In this document: positions 48,530 to 57,458 of the stretch, piece after piece
Layout: every line of letters starts with the position of its first letter
How positions within the stretch are numbered: the stretch's first letter is position 1
Assembly: GCA_964536205.1 (NCBI GenBank)
Contig: CAZHVT010000005.1
Location: forward strand, 24,076-88,075
Direction of reading: 5' to 3'
DNA: 64,000 nt
DNA from: an uncultured Gammaproteobacteria bacterium
Lineage (GTDB): Bacteria > Patescibacteriota > Patescibacteriia > Magasanikbacterales > GCA-002688135
The notes under the pieces: generated by a model
What the model saw: the letters and a program-made list of their open reading frames with translations, nothing else
Told to the model about the DNA's origin: nothing
The model's database searches: none
Made by a program: the position numbers and the translations under genes

Positions 48530-48597
48530 AGAGTATTCTTGAATATATACATCAGTAGTATAGCAGATTTTCTCACAATCGGTAAACAAAAACAAAA

Positions 48598-48640
48598 CCC
48601 CCTCGCAAAAGGGGGTTTGTTTGGGTAATGAAACCCGACG
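48598..48640 (-). terminator. Rho-independent terminator of the giant surface-protein gene.
   Basis: On the minus strand: AAACCCCCT-tttgcg-AGGGGGTTT followed by TGTTTTTGTTT. Confidence 0.7.
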
Positions 48641-48646
48641 GTCGAA

Positions 48647-51600
48647 CTAGTAGGAAACTGATCTACCAGTCAACGGCATTCCTCTAACCTCTGTGAGGGT
48701 GAGGGCTGCTCCGTCTGACCAAAGCACTGGATTCATTTCTTCTCCATCGATTCCAGTTACCGCACTCGTTTGGATTCCGACACTCAAAGTATCGTTTGCT
48801 CCAATTGATGAGTCATTGGTGTCCAATGTTACGTAAACGTAACGTGAGCTACCAGCTGAAACTGTGATATCCGTCATGTTTGCCGCGTCAATAGCGGTGT
48901 CAGAATATCCAGCGTTAGCTGATCCCAGCGCGTACGTTGTTGTAGCGAGCTGGTTTGAAGTATCAATCCTGTCTTTGTAGATCTTCAATGCACGAGTTCC
49001 AGCAAGTGAGATACCTGATGAGTTAACATCGAGGTTGATTCCCTTAACTGTAGCTTCGTACCCACCTACGTTTGCAGTATTAGATATCTTCAAGATAGCC
49101 AATGTTTGCTCTGATGATTTGGTTACGGTTCCTGATGGTGAGACCTTACCAGCGTCGTCTGAGTAGGCGATGCTAATCTTTGTTCTCAATGCATCCATTA
49201 CGTTACCAACCAAAGCTGTTTGAGTTGCTCCTGTTGCAACACCGATAACAAGACCGGATGTAGCAGTAGCATTTGTGGTTGAGATAGCAAAACCAGATCC
49301 CAATCCAATTGCATCGACGTAATCATCTTGTGCTGCAGTTGTTAAGTCTGCATCAGAAGTGAAGATCGTTGCTCTATGAGTTGAGGATGCTGATTCATTC
49401 TCTAGCCACGGTGTCAAGTCAGCTTTCAATGTCAAGACAGTTGTTGAACCCTTAGCCAATTTGAATCCACCTGCAGCAAGGCCGGTCAAGTCAAATGAAG
49501 CTACTGGAACTGTTGATGTCTTAGAATCATCCATAGCGTCAACTGATCCCAACAATGTTGAACCATTGTAAAGTTTCAAGTTACGCATTGTACCAGTTGA
49601 GCTGAAAGGAACTGCAGTGTTAATTGAGATCACGTCCGCAACTACGAACTTTTTGATCAAAATGTCTTCTGCGTTTGATTCTTCAGCCAACTTGAACTTC
49701 GCAAATGTTTGATCAGTTGCACCCAAAACAAGTTGATCGTCTTGTGGTGTATCACCGTCAATTGTTACACGAAGTGATCCATTTGTTGCAATGTTCAAAC
49801 GTTGCAATTTAGGATCTGTTGATGTGTCAGATGTTGTTGTACTTGTTTCTACACCTGTAGCAACGACAGAGTCAACGAGGATTGCTCCATCTGTATCGTC
49901 GTCGTTCAAGTTAGATGTTGCAACACCTGCTGATGACAAGATGTCAACATATACATCAACTACATACGTTTCACCGACACCAAGCGTTACGTTTGGTGAG
50001 AGGTTAAATGTGTATGTTGTTGAATCTGTGTCTGTCAATGACAATGGTGATGAATGCAACATTGTATCACCATGTTTGATTGAAAGATTATCGAAGTAGT
50101 CTTTCAATGTAACACCATCTGATGTTGTATCCACATCATCCTTCAACACAATTTGTGAGATGGTTGATGCTTCTGCTCCACCAGTAATGATGAATGAACC
50201 TGCACGGACGTTACTTGAACCAAGCACACCCAATGGACGTGATGATGTGTAGTTAGCCAATGTTGGGTTCTTTCGAACACTTACAGCTCCTGATTTCACG
50301 GTCAATGTTCGACCAGAAATTGAAGTTGTTGAAAGTGCTGTCAATGAGACAGTACCGTTAGCATTTGATGAACCAGCTGCCAATGTCACAGATACTGTGT
50401 CAGCGGAAGCGATGGTTGAATCAGTCAAATCACCGTGAACTTCTACAACGCCAGATGCACCTTCTTGAATTGTGAAGGAGTTTCCGAAGCTGAAGTCTGT
50501 TCCTGATGGAGATGATGCGTCACAAGTCAATGTGCTCAATGTTGAGCCGATTTGTGAACCATCAAATGAAATCTTAACGTTCTTCAAGATGTTTGTTGCT
50601 GCATTTCCTGAACATGAAATGTCCAAGTTCTTCACCTTCACAGGCTCACCTGAAGCTTTGAAGTTGTACTTCGCGAGCAATACGTTTGTTGCTCCGTCAG
50701 GGATGTTTCCTGTTGGGGAATCAGTTGCGATGGTTTGTGTCAACGTTCCAGTATTAATGGTTGTTGCACCACCAGCTTGTGTAACTGCAAATGCAGAGTT
50801 GTCATCTTGTGCAGGAACTGTGTAGACGTTGTAGTTCAAGTCTTTAACGATAACGTCTGTTTGCTCCTGGATACCGAATCGAATGGTACGGTTAGTTCCA
50901 CCCTTGATGTCGGCACGTACTGTCAACTGACGTTGTTGTCCAGAAGTGATTTTGAAACCACCGTCGTCTGAACCAGTCAAGTCAAATGTAGCTGTACCGT
51001 TATCGAGTGTTCCCAATGTGTTACCCAACTGTGTTGAGCCTTGGTACCACAATTCGATGTTTTGTAGGTCATCGTCGTCTGTTGAACCCACGTTAGTTAC
51101 GGTGATGTATTCCACCAACATATCTTGTGAGTTTGCGTCGAGTCGGAATGTCCATAGGTCGTAGTCATCTTGTGGGTCGATCGTGTCTGCTGCTGCCGGT
51201 AATACGTTAGCAATATCCAAGAACGCCAAATCTGATACGACTGCTACTGTGTGGTTTGAACCACTTACTGAACCTGATACAGAATCAGCACTAGATGTAA
51301 CGTCGGCTGCTGCCAAGCTCCATCCGATTGTGATTCCTGCTGATGCGTCTTTGTTTACATCAACTTTCAAATCCAAGTTTGTTGTTCCGCCTGCAGGGAC
51401 TGTGAACAATCCACCTGATTTGGTGAATGTTGCAACACCCTTAGACACTGATTGTACTTGAGCTACGATGTCCATTCCGTTGTAGAGGTACATGTCGTCA
51501 AGGTCACTGTCTGAAGCGATACCACTTCTTCGCAATACGAGTGTGTCAATTGAAACAGCGTCTGATCCAGCTGAAAAGCTCAATCCGAGAACATCTGCTC

Positions 51601-52321
51601 GTTGTCCACCTGCATTGTTACCAGTGTCTGTTACCAAAGTCATCGCACCTGGGTTTGATGATGATGGTCCCACACTCAAGCTTCCGCCTGCTGGTGTTGG
51701 TGTTGGAGCTGGTGGCGTGTTTGAATCGTCAAGACCGAGGTCTAAAGCGATTGAAGTTGCCGCAGCTTCAACTGCTGCTGGATTGAAGTCTGAAGATGAA
51801 GCAATATCACCTGAAGCTTCTGATCCTTTATAGTTGACGAAGAAACCATCTGGAACGTCGTCAATCATTGTGTTCCATGCTGAACCATAGAGTTCTACTG
51901 CAGCAGCTTCTGAAGTCACGTGACGGAGTTGTCCGCCAGCGTCAACAGCATATGTTGCAGGATCACTGGTGATTTTCACCATGCGAGCACCTGGTTTAGC
52001 TGTAACGTTAGCACCAATTTTGAATGATGCAATTTCTGCGTTTGTGACAGTTTTTACCAAACCGCCATTGTCTACTCCCTCGAGCTGGTCCATTGTGTAC
52101 CATGTCAAGAAAGTTTTTTGTGTTGGGAAGACGTACTTCTTGTTGCCGTGGTAGTAATATACTGTTGGCAATGATCCTTTGATAAGATCACCATCAGTTA
52201 CTACAGCTGCTTGAGCTGTCAAAGGTGCTACAAATGCTGCAAGTCCTACGGACCATGTAACAGTTGCTACAACAGTAACCCATGCAAATGCACGTTTACC
52301 CAATCGAATAACATCGATCAT
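48647..52321 (-). CDS. Giant (about 1,225 aa) secreted Thr/Ser/Gly/Val-rich beta-rich surface protein; an S-layer, pilus or adhesin candidate. The start is set at the ATG at 52321 (MIDVIRLGKRAF…AQAAVV signal peptide).
   Basis: Signal peptide, PPAPTPTPAGGS linker and T/S-rich composition. The protein is predicted extracellular and has no TM helices after the signal peptide. Confidence 0.55.
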   Translation of the reverse strand: MIDVIRLGKRAFAWVTVVATVTWSVGLAAFVAPLTAQAAVVTDGDLIKGSLPTVYYYHGNKKYVFPTQKTFLTWYTMDQLEGVDNGGLVKTVTNAEIASFKIGANVTAKPGARMVKITSDPATYAVDAGGQLRHVTSEAAAVELYGSAWNTMIDDVPDGFFVNYKGSEASGDIASSSDFNPAAVEAAATSIALDLGLDDSNTPPAPTPTPAGGSLSVGPSSSNPGAMTLVTDTGNNAGGQRADVLGLSFSAGSDAVSIDTLVLRRSGIASDSDLDDMYLYNGMDIVAQVQSVSKGVATFTKSGGLFTVPAGGTTNLDLKVDVNKDASAGITIGWSLAAADVTSSADSVSGSVSGSNHTVAVVSDLAFLDIANVLPAAADTIDPQDDYDLWTFRLDANSQDMLVEYITVTNVGSTDDDDLQNIELWYQGSTQLGNTLGTLDNGTATFDLTGSDDGGFKITSGQQRQLTVRADIKGGTNRTIRFGIQEQTDVIVKDLNYNVYTVPAQDDNSAFAVTQAGGATTINTGTLTQTIATDSPTGNIPDGATNVLLAKYNFKASGEPVKVKNLDISCSGNAATNILKNVKISFDGSQIGSTLSTLTCDASSPSGTDFSFGNSFTIQEGASGVVEVHGDLTDSTIASADTVSVTLAAGSSNANGTVSLTALSTTSISGRTLTVKSGAVSVRKNPTLANYTSSRPLGVLGSSNVRAGSFIITGGAEASTISQIVLKDDVDTTSDGVTLKDYFDNLSIKHGDTMLHSSPLSLTDTDSTTYTFNLSPNVTLGVGETYVVDVYVDILSSAGVATSNLNDDDTDGAILVDSVVATGVETSTTTSDTSTDPKLQRLNIATNGSLRVTIDGDTPQDDQLVLGATDQTFAKFKLAEESNAEDILIKKFVVADVISINTAVPFSSTGTMRNLKLYNGSTLLGSVDAMDDSKTSTVPVASFDLTGLAAGGFKLAKGSTTVLTLKADLTPWLENESASSTHRATIFTSDADLTTAAQDDYVDAIGLGSGFAISTTNATATSGLVIGVATGATQTALVGNVMDALRTKISIAYSDDAGKVSPSGTVTKSSEQTLAILKISNTANVGGYEATVKGINLDVNSSGISLAGTRALKIYKDRIDTSNQLATTTYALGSANAGYSDTAIDAANMTDITVSAGSSRYVYVTLDTNDSSIGANDTLSVGIQTSAVTGIDGEEMNPVLWSDGAALTLTEVRGMPLTGRSVSY

Positions 52322-52342
52322 ATAGAATATCTTTCTTTGCAA

Positions 52343-52818
52343 TGTTGACTATATATCCCCTTCTTATTCGTGCAATCCCGAGTTAATACGGGACACGATT
52401 GAGTTTTTAGGCTCTTGTGTGCCCGTATTCGCTACGGGACACACGATAAGGATGCATAATCACATTGTGTTTATTTAATAGTCGTTTTATTTCGAGCGTT
52501 TTGCGCGCTCCCGACCTTTGCAAAAATAGAACTATACGAGACCGTTACAAAACCATGAGCACACACATATCCGGCTATTTTTTCCTCATATGCAGCTCAA
52601 AACTCCGCAATGATATACGCACATCATTTTGTTGTTTTTCGCGCATCTGAGAAAAAAATCTCTCGAATCTGTGATGCACCATAGTTTTGTAACGATCTCT
52701 TCCTCTCCCCCTTTGAGTCATAATGACTCATATTGTGCGTGAACTTGATCTTCACTCCACAAATCATTGTATGCTGAGGAGATGTAAGGCTCCACGAGAG
52801 CCTCTCATCTCACCATCA
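52343..52818. promoter_or_regulatory. 476-bp non-coding region upstream of the giant surface-protein gene. It contains a candidate promoter TTGCAC-N16-TATAGT and several inverted, direct and palindromic motifs.
   Basis: Direct reading: AATACGGGACAC…GTGCCCGTATT inverted repeat; ACGGGACAC(AC)GAT direct repeat; GAGCG-ttttgcg-CGCTC; and the 17-bp perfect palindrome TGAGTCATAATGACTCA at about 52714..52730. Confidence 0.4.
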
Positions 52819-54099
52819 TTATTCTGTTGTTGTTTCTTCAACTCCTTCAATCTCTGCTTCCACTTCAACCTCCGGTTCATCTTCAACAATGACATCAGCC
52901 TCAACGAGCCCCTCTGATTCTGCACTAACATTTTCGGTATCAATTTCAATAATTTTTTCTGTGTTCGTTGTGTTTTCAGCATCAAGAATGACTGTTTCTG
53001 ATAATTCTTCTGTTTCTTCCATAGCCACCTGAGATTCGTCTTGTAACTTTGCAGCTGTTTTTTGTGCTTCGTTAACAACCGTTTTAACTTCTTTAACTTT
53101 TTCTATAGCTTCTTCAAACGCCTCGCTGTCTACTGATTCTGCTGCCTCTTTCACAACCTCTAAAGCCTCTTCTGCTTGCACTTGTGCGTTTTGTAATTCT
53201 TTTTCTTCTACCAGTAGTTTTGGTGTGTTTGTGCTGGCAACTGCATCGAGAATCAGGAGCACCTCATCAATTTCTGAAGTTGCGTCTTTTAATTTATCCT
53301 CAAGGGTATTTTTGATTTCTGTATCAACTACTTCGTTTTCACTATTATCCTCTTCTGTTTCTGTTCGTGTGTGTACGATTGTTTCAACCGCACTCACTGC
53401 TACTTCATCAATCAATTCCTTTGCTTCATTAATTTCTGGAATTTCAACTGCGAGTTCTGCTGTTTTTTCTAATACTCTTCCGATCTCTTCACTCTTTACA
53501 TCGACTGCTCGTGCTGCCTCTCGAACAATTACCGGCTCTTCACTTTCTGCTAATTCAACCAATTCGTCACTTGCTGTTTGAATTTCAGTTTCTAATCTTT
53601 CGATTGTTTTTTTAATGTTTTCCTTTACTTCTTCCTCTTCCACATCTGTTACTGCTGGTTGTGCTTTTAGTTTTACTACTTCATCTGCGCGGCGTGCTGC
53701 AAATTCTGTTCGTAAAGCGATTTTTGTACTTTTATCTGATGTAAAAGCGAGTTGTACTTTTTCTGAAATGATTTTGACACTATATAAAGCATCGCCTGAT
53801 ACACTTAGGCGCGCTGCGTTTACTGTTGAAATCCAACTTCCAAATGGGATGATAACAGCAAGTGCGATCACAAAAACTGGGCGCATGGCAAGTGCCCATC
53901 TGTTTTGTGGCGAGAACCATCTTTTTTTGTATGACTCAACGGTACGTGCCAGTTGTTTTTCAACTACTGGCGCTGGCATAGTGTTTTTAACCTGCATCAT
54001 TAGCAGTGCTTTGTTTTTTGCCAACCACGCAGAATCAGCCGCACCTGCTTGCGGTTTATTTTTGAGTTCTTTAAGTTGTTCTTCTAGTCTGTCAGACAT
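52819..54099 (-). CDS. Putative membrane-spanning anti-sigma factor with a long acidic (Glu-rich) C-terminal coiled region.
   Basis: The gene starts 2 nt after the ECF sigma stop. One TM helix (VFVIALAVIIPFGSWI) follows an N-terminal cytoplasmic segment. The call rests on context; the N-terminus is not ZAS-like. Confidence 0.45.
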   Translation of the reverse strand: MSDRLEEQLKELKNKPQAGAADSAWLAKNKALLMMQVKNTMPAPVVEKQLARTVESYKKRWFSPQNRWALAMRPVFVIALAVIIPFGSWISTVNAARLSVSGDALYSVKIISEKVQLAFTSDKSTKIALRTEFAARRADEVVKLKAQPAVTDVEEEEVKENIKKTIERLETEIQTASDELVELAESEEPVIVREAARAVDVKSEEIGRVLEKTAELAVEIPEINEAKELIDEVAVSAVETIVHTRTETEEDNSENEVVDTEIKNTLEDKLKDATSEIDEVLLILDAVASTNTPKLLVEEKELQNAQVQAEEALEVVKEAAESVDSEAFEEAIEKVKEVKTVVNEAQKTAAKLQDESQVAMEETEELSETVILDAENTTNTEKIIEIDTENVSAESEGLVEADVIVEDEPEVEVEAEIEGVEETTTE

Positions 54100-54101
54100 G
54101 T

Positions 54102-54656
54102 TTATGAGGTCTCCTTTTCATTTCTTCCCAAATGTTTTTTGAGTGTTTTGACCGCGCGATGCATTGTTACGCGGACTGTCACTTGTGATTTATTCAAAAT
54201 CTGTCCAATTTCTTTGTAACTCATTTGATCCATGAAGCGGAAAATTATGAGTTCTCGATATTCATCCTTGAGTGAACGTACTGCTTTGAGCACGACAGTG
54301 AGTTCTTGATTGTTTGCAATGCGATCTATATGTGCCGATACCATGATTGCATCTGGATCGATTGCTTCTATTGATGTGTTTTGTCGCTTAGCTCGATAAA
54401 AGTCCACTACGAGGTTTCGTGCTATTCTATATAGGAACGCACGGAAGTTCAGGACACCGTCCTTTTTTTCCCGAATTGCGGCCCATGCTTTTAAAAAAAC
54501 CTCTGAAGTGAGATCTTGTGCATCCACCCTTGAACCGACCTTAAAATAAATAAAGCGGTATATGGGTTCTGCGAAGCGATCGTAAAGTTCAGAAAAGGCT
54601 TCGGGGTCGTTATCAAACTGAAGTTTCAAGACGAGTTGTTTGTTGTTGCCTTTCAC
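54102..54656 (-). CDS. ECF-subfamily sigma-70 factor (sigma-24 type).
   Basis: Region 2 (FLKAWAAIREK…FRAFLYRIARNLVVDFYR) and region 4 HTH (MSYKEIGQILNKSQVTVRVTMHRAVKTL). Confidence 0.75.
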   Translation of the reverse strand: MKGNNKQLVLKLQFDNDPEAFSELYDRFAEPIYRFIYFKVGSRVDAQDLTSEVFLKAWAAIREKKDGVLNFRAFLYRIARNLVVDFYRAKRQNTSIEAIDPDAIMVSAHIDRIANNQELTVVLKAVRSLKDEYRELIIFRFMDQMSYKEIGQILNKSQVTVRVTMHRAVKTLKKHLGRNEKETS

Positions 54657-54798
54657 AAAAGAAGACGTAATAATTAGAGAAGTGTTACACCTACTATTAA
54701 GATGACTTATTTTAGTAGATTTTCCTGGCTGATACTGCTATGAAATGAGCTACATCATAGAATGTTGTGTAGCAAAAGTCAATGTGATATCATATTTA

Positions 54799-54818
54799 TG
54801 TCCAGACTAGTCTAGACA
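54799..54818. promoter_or_regulatory. 20-bp near-perfect palindrome TGTCCAGACTAGTCTAGACA in the divergent promoter region between the ECF sigma gene and the HTH gene. It is a candidate operator.
   Basis: Direct reading. The core AGACTAGTCT is a perfect 10-bp palindrome. TATATA-rich -10-like elements lie immediately downstream. Confidence 0.4.
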
Positions 54819-54840
54819 ATTGTCTTATATAGGCATTTTT

Positions 54841-55158
54841 ATGTATATATCCCATAAAAACAACTCTTCCCTGCCCCTTTCGATTTCAGAGACTGCACGT
54901 CTTTTTGGGCTCTCTGAAAAGACTATTCGACGAGCTATTAAATCTCATGAGCTTCCTGTTATGATTGTGAAGGGTCGTTATCGCATTCAATTTAAAGATG
55001 TTTTGGCTTGGTCACAAGAGCGACCTCGATTGTCAAAAGCTCGTGATACGAAAGGTATTGGACAGTTTATTGTAGGTTGGCGTTCTGCTGAAGCCGAAAC
55101 TATCGACGAAAGTGCGCCACAACCTCAACCGGGCGGGCAGCTTCGTCTGATTGATTAA
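54841..55158 (+). CDS. Small helix-turn-helix DNA-binding protein (excisionase/MerR-type HTH). The ATG at 54841 is preferred; the ORF track starts it at a TTG at 54820.
   Basis: LSISETARLFGLSEKTIRRAIKSHELPVMIVKGRYRIQFKDV matches the excisionase-family HTH pattern. Confidence 0.5.
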   Translation: MYISHKNNSSLPLSISETARLFGLSEKTIRRAIKSHELPVMIVKGRYRIQFKDVLAWSQERPRLSKARDTKGIGQFIVGWRSAEAETIDESAPQPQPGGQLRLID

Positions 55159-55159
55159 T

Positions 55160-56806
55160 ATGATTTCTCCTATTAGGAATTTTTTCGAAAACCATTTTCA
55201 GAGCAGATATAAAAAGCTCTACAAGCGCGCTCGAGCTCTGTTTGTGTTTGATATGGTTTTGTTGGCGATGATCGGCGCTGTTCTGATTGGAACTGTTTTG
55301 TTTTTTATTTTTCGCGAACCTCCTTCGCTTTTAGTCATTACGTCTCAATCATCCACTTCTGAGATCCGAGCGGGTGAGCCAGTTACTATTATCGCAACAC
55401 TCTCAAATCCGAGTGAGGTTGCGTTGACTGCTATTGAAATTTCACTGCAACCTCCTGATGAGATTGTTGTTTCGCATGAGACTGGACAAGCTATCACAGT
55501 TGCGGATCTTGAGGCTGGAGCGTCCATTGATATTCCACTTCGTGTTACTTTTTGGGGAGAGGTTGATACAACACTTCGCTTACCACTTCGCTCTAGCGCG
55601 AGAACCCCAGAGCACGAGATTGATATTGCACACGGTGTGATTATCCGAACTATTGAACAACCTGCTGTAACGATTTCCTTTAACAATATTCCAACATTAT
55701 ATGAAGGTCAGTTTTTCGCTCCTGAAATTACCTTAACCCAAAAAATAGAACGGGGCATTTCTGATCTGCGAATTAGAGTTGAGCGATTTGACGGACTTTT
55801 ACATTCTCCATATTTTTCAGAGGATGGTGTGCTTCCAGTCTTTGAACCGGACACTGATTTACTATTGAATTCCACACAAGAGAAAATTGTGTCTGATCAT
55901 GTTAATTTGGAATATGTTGTTGAATATCAAATTTCTGGTGAAGTTACTGCTGTGCTTACTCGTGGCATATTGAGTGAAGAGGTGCAACAACTTGATGTGT
56001 CATTTTCTACTTCTGTTAATACTGCTGACCGTATTATTAGTGAGGCGGCGCGTGTTCCTGTTTCTGTGGTTGTGCAGAATAATATTCCCGATGTATTAGA
56101 ATTTGTTGGTTTTAATTTTAGTTCGCCCTCTGCTTGTGTTCGGTTTGAAAATCGTATGCGAAATCCGGACTCATCTCGTATTCCTTTGTTGGATTTTGCT
56201 TCACGCGGATCGATTACTCCTGGTGAATTTCGTGGGGATTTGTGGTTGAGTATGCGTGTCGTGTGTGAGCCTGCTGGTGGTAATATTACCATTAATCCAA
56301 CCATGTCATTTTCAATTGGTGATTCAAATCATCATATAGAATTAGGTGCAGAATCATTTGCGCTTACCGCAAAAGGTACATCTTCTCTTCAAGCGCAATC
56401 AAGATATTTTACGGAAGATGGAGATCAGTTGGGGCGTGGCCCTCTTCCTCCTGAAGCTGGAAAAACAACCAAAGTTTGGGTATTTGTAGAAATGGGAAAT
56501 CGACTTGGTACACTTCTCAAACCGGAATTTTCTGCGGAACTTGCTGATTATGTACATTGGACAGGACGATCAAATGTCACAGCTGGTAAAGCCATTAACT
56601 TTAATTCTCAAAAAAATCTGGTATCATGGAAGCATGATGAAATTCGACATGGAGAGCGTGCCACATTAGGTTTTGAATTATCAATTACACCTCCGGAAGA
56701 TGGACTGTATAAACTTCTTACACACATCTCGCTTTCTGGTCGTGATAGAGCAACTGGAGAGGCTATCTCGTTATCCGTACCAACCGTAGTTACACCACAT
56801 GAATAA
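55160..56806 (+). CDS. N-terminally membrane-anchored extracellular protein with CARDB/DUF11-like beta-sandwich repeats.
   Basis: A single N-terminal TM helix, then all-beta repeats (…ISLQPPDEIVVSHETG…DLEAGASIDIPLRVTFWGE…). Confidence 0.4.
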   Translation: MISPIRNFFENHFQSRYKKLYKRARALFVFDMVLLAMIGAVLIGTVLFFIFREPPSLLVITSQSSTSEIRAGEPVTIIATLSNPSEVALTAIEISLQPPDEIVVSHETGQAITVADLEAGASIDIPLRVTFWGEVDTTLRLPLRSSARTPEHEIDIAHGVIIRTIEQPAVTISFNNIPTLYEGQFFAPEITLTQKIERGISDLRIRVERFDGLLHSPYFSEDGVLPVFEPDTDLLLNSTQEKIVSDHVNLEYVVEYQISGEVTAVLTRGILSEEVQQLDVSFSTSVNTADRIISEAARVPVSVVVQNNIPDVLEFVGFNFSSPSACVRFENRMRNPDSSRIPLLDFASRGSITPGEFRGDLWLSMRVVCEPAGGNITINPTMSFSIGDSNHHIELGAESFALTAKGTSSLQAQSRYFTEDGDQLGRGPLPPEAGKTTKVWVFVEMGNRLGTLLKPEFSAELADYVHWTGRSNVTAGKAINFNSQKNLVSWKHDEIRHGERATLGFELSITPPEDGLYKLLTHISLSGRDRATGEAISLSVPTVVTPHE

Positions 56807-56820
56807 TTAATTCGTTCTAT

Positions 56821-57357
56821 ATGCACCCATACATCCATGATATTGATCTCAATGCTGAAGGAAAATTATCTGAAGATCAATTAGACAAACTAAAAAAGAT
56901 CACAAAAGCGCGCGGATTTGTTGGTTGGTTGCTCGTGGTGTGTTTCGCTTTTTTGGGAGGTCTTAGTATCATCCCACTTCTTGGCAATATGTTTGAGGGT
57001 CGCATGTTGATCTTCATGTGGGTTGCGGAGGTATTATATATTATTGGCTTCCTTTACGGCATTAAGATTATTGCAGAGCAAAAAAAGAATGCAAAAATGC
57101 TGGGTAAGCCAAAAGTTCGCAAGGTTGTAGGCAAACCTACGAAAGTTGGCGCGGCTGTTGCAATTCCACATGTCCCTGTTATGGGAGGTATGATGTTAAT
57201 TACACATCTGAAAGCTGGAACCATTAAACTTGAGGGAAAGAAATATGGATCACTCAATGGCATTTACCCCGTTGTAGAAGACGGTGAACTCGCAGAATTC
57301 CATGTCGTCGATTTTGGGTTTGATACCATAAAAGGCGTTGTCGTGAACTATCTCTAA
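56821..57357 (+). CDS. Small membrane protein of unknown function, with two TM helices.
   Basis: ORF carrying the hydrophobic segments GFVGWLLVVCFAFLGGLSIIPLL and LIFMWVAEVLYIIGFLYGI. Confidence 0.4.
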   Translation: MHPYIHDIDLNAEGKLSEDQLDKLKKITKARGFVGWLLVVCFAFLGGLSIIPLLGNMFEGRMLIFMWVAEVLYIIGFLYGIKIIAEQKKNAKMLGKPKVRKVVGKPTKVGAAVAIPHVPVMGGMMLITHLKAGTIKLEGKKYGSLNGIYPVVEDGELAEFHVVDFGFDTIKGVVVNYL

Positions 57358-57362
57358 AAATC

Positions 57363-57400
57363 AAAGTCTGAATTCGAACTCCGACTTTGATTTTTGTTTT
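57363..57400 (+). terminator. Rho-independent terminator after the three-gene surface-protein cassette.
   Basis: AATCAAAGTC-loop-GACTTTGATT followed by TTTGTTTTTT. Confidence 0.7.
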
Positions 57401-57429
57401 TTGACGTGATGCGTCTTTTTTTGTATCCT
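57401..57429 (+). promoter_or_regulatory. Candidate promoter TTGACG-N17-TATCCT for the pyr operon. An AAAGGAG Shine-Dalgarno lies 5 nt before the ATG at 57459.
   Basis: Direct reading. Confidence 0.35.
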
Positions 57430-57458
57430 CATTCTCTGTTCTTTACAAAGGAGCTGAC

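Noticed and set aside
48530-48595. N-terminal 22 codons of the 46937..48595 ORF (MFLFTDCEKICYTTDVYIQEYS).
   Set aside because: The region contains a promoter-like TTTACC-N18-TATACT. A typical signal peptide begins at the internal ATG at 48529, so the real start is downstream.
57363-57400. tRNA-like T-loop sequence GAATTCGAACTCC.
   Set aside because: It is the loop of a terminator hairpin (AATCAAAGTC…GACTTTGATT followed by a T-run). No acceptor, D-arm or anticodon structure surrounds it.
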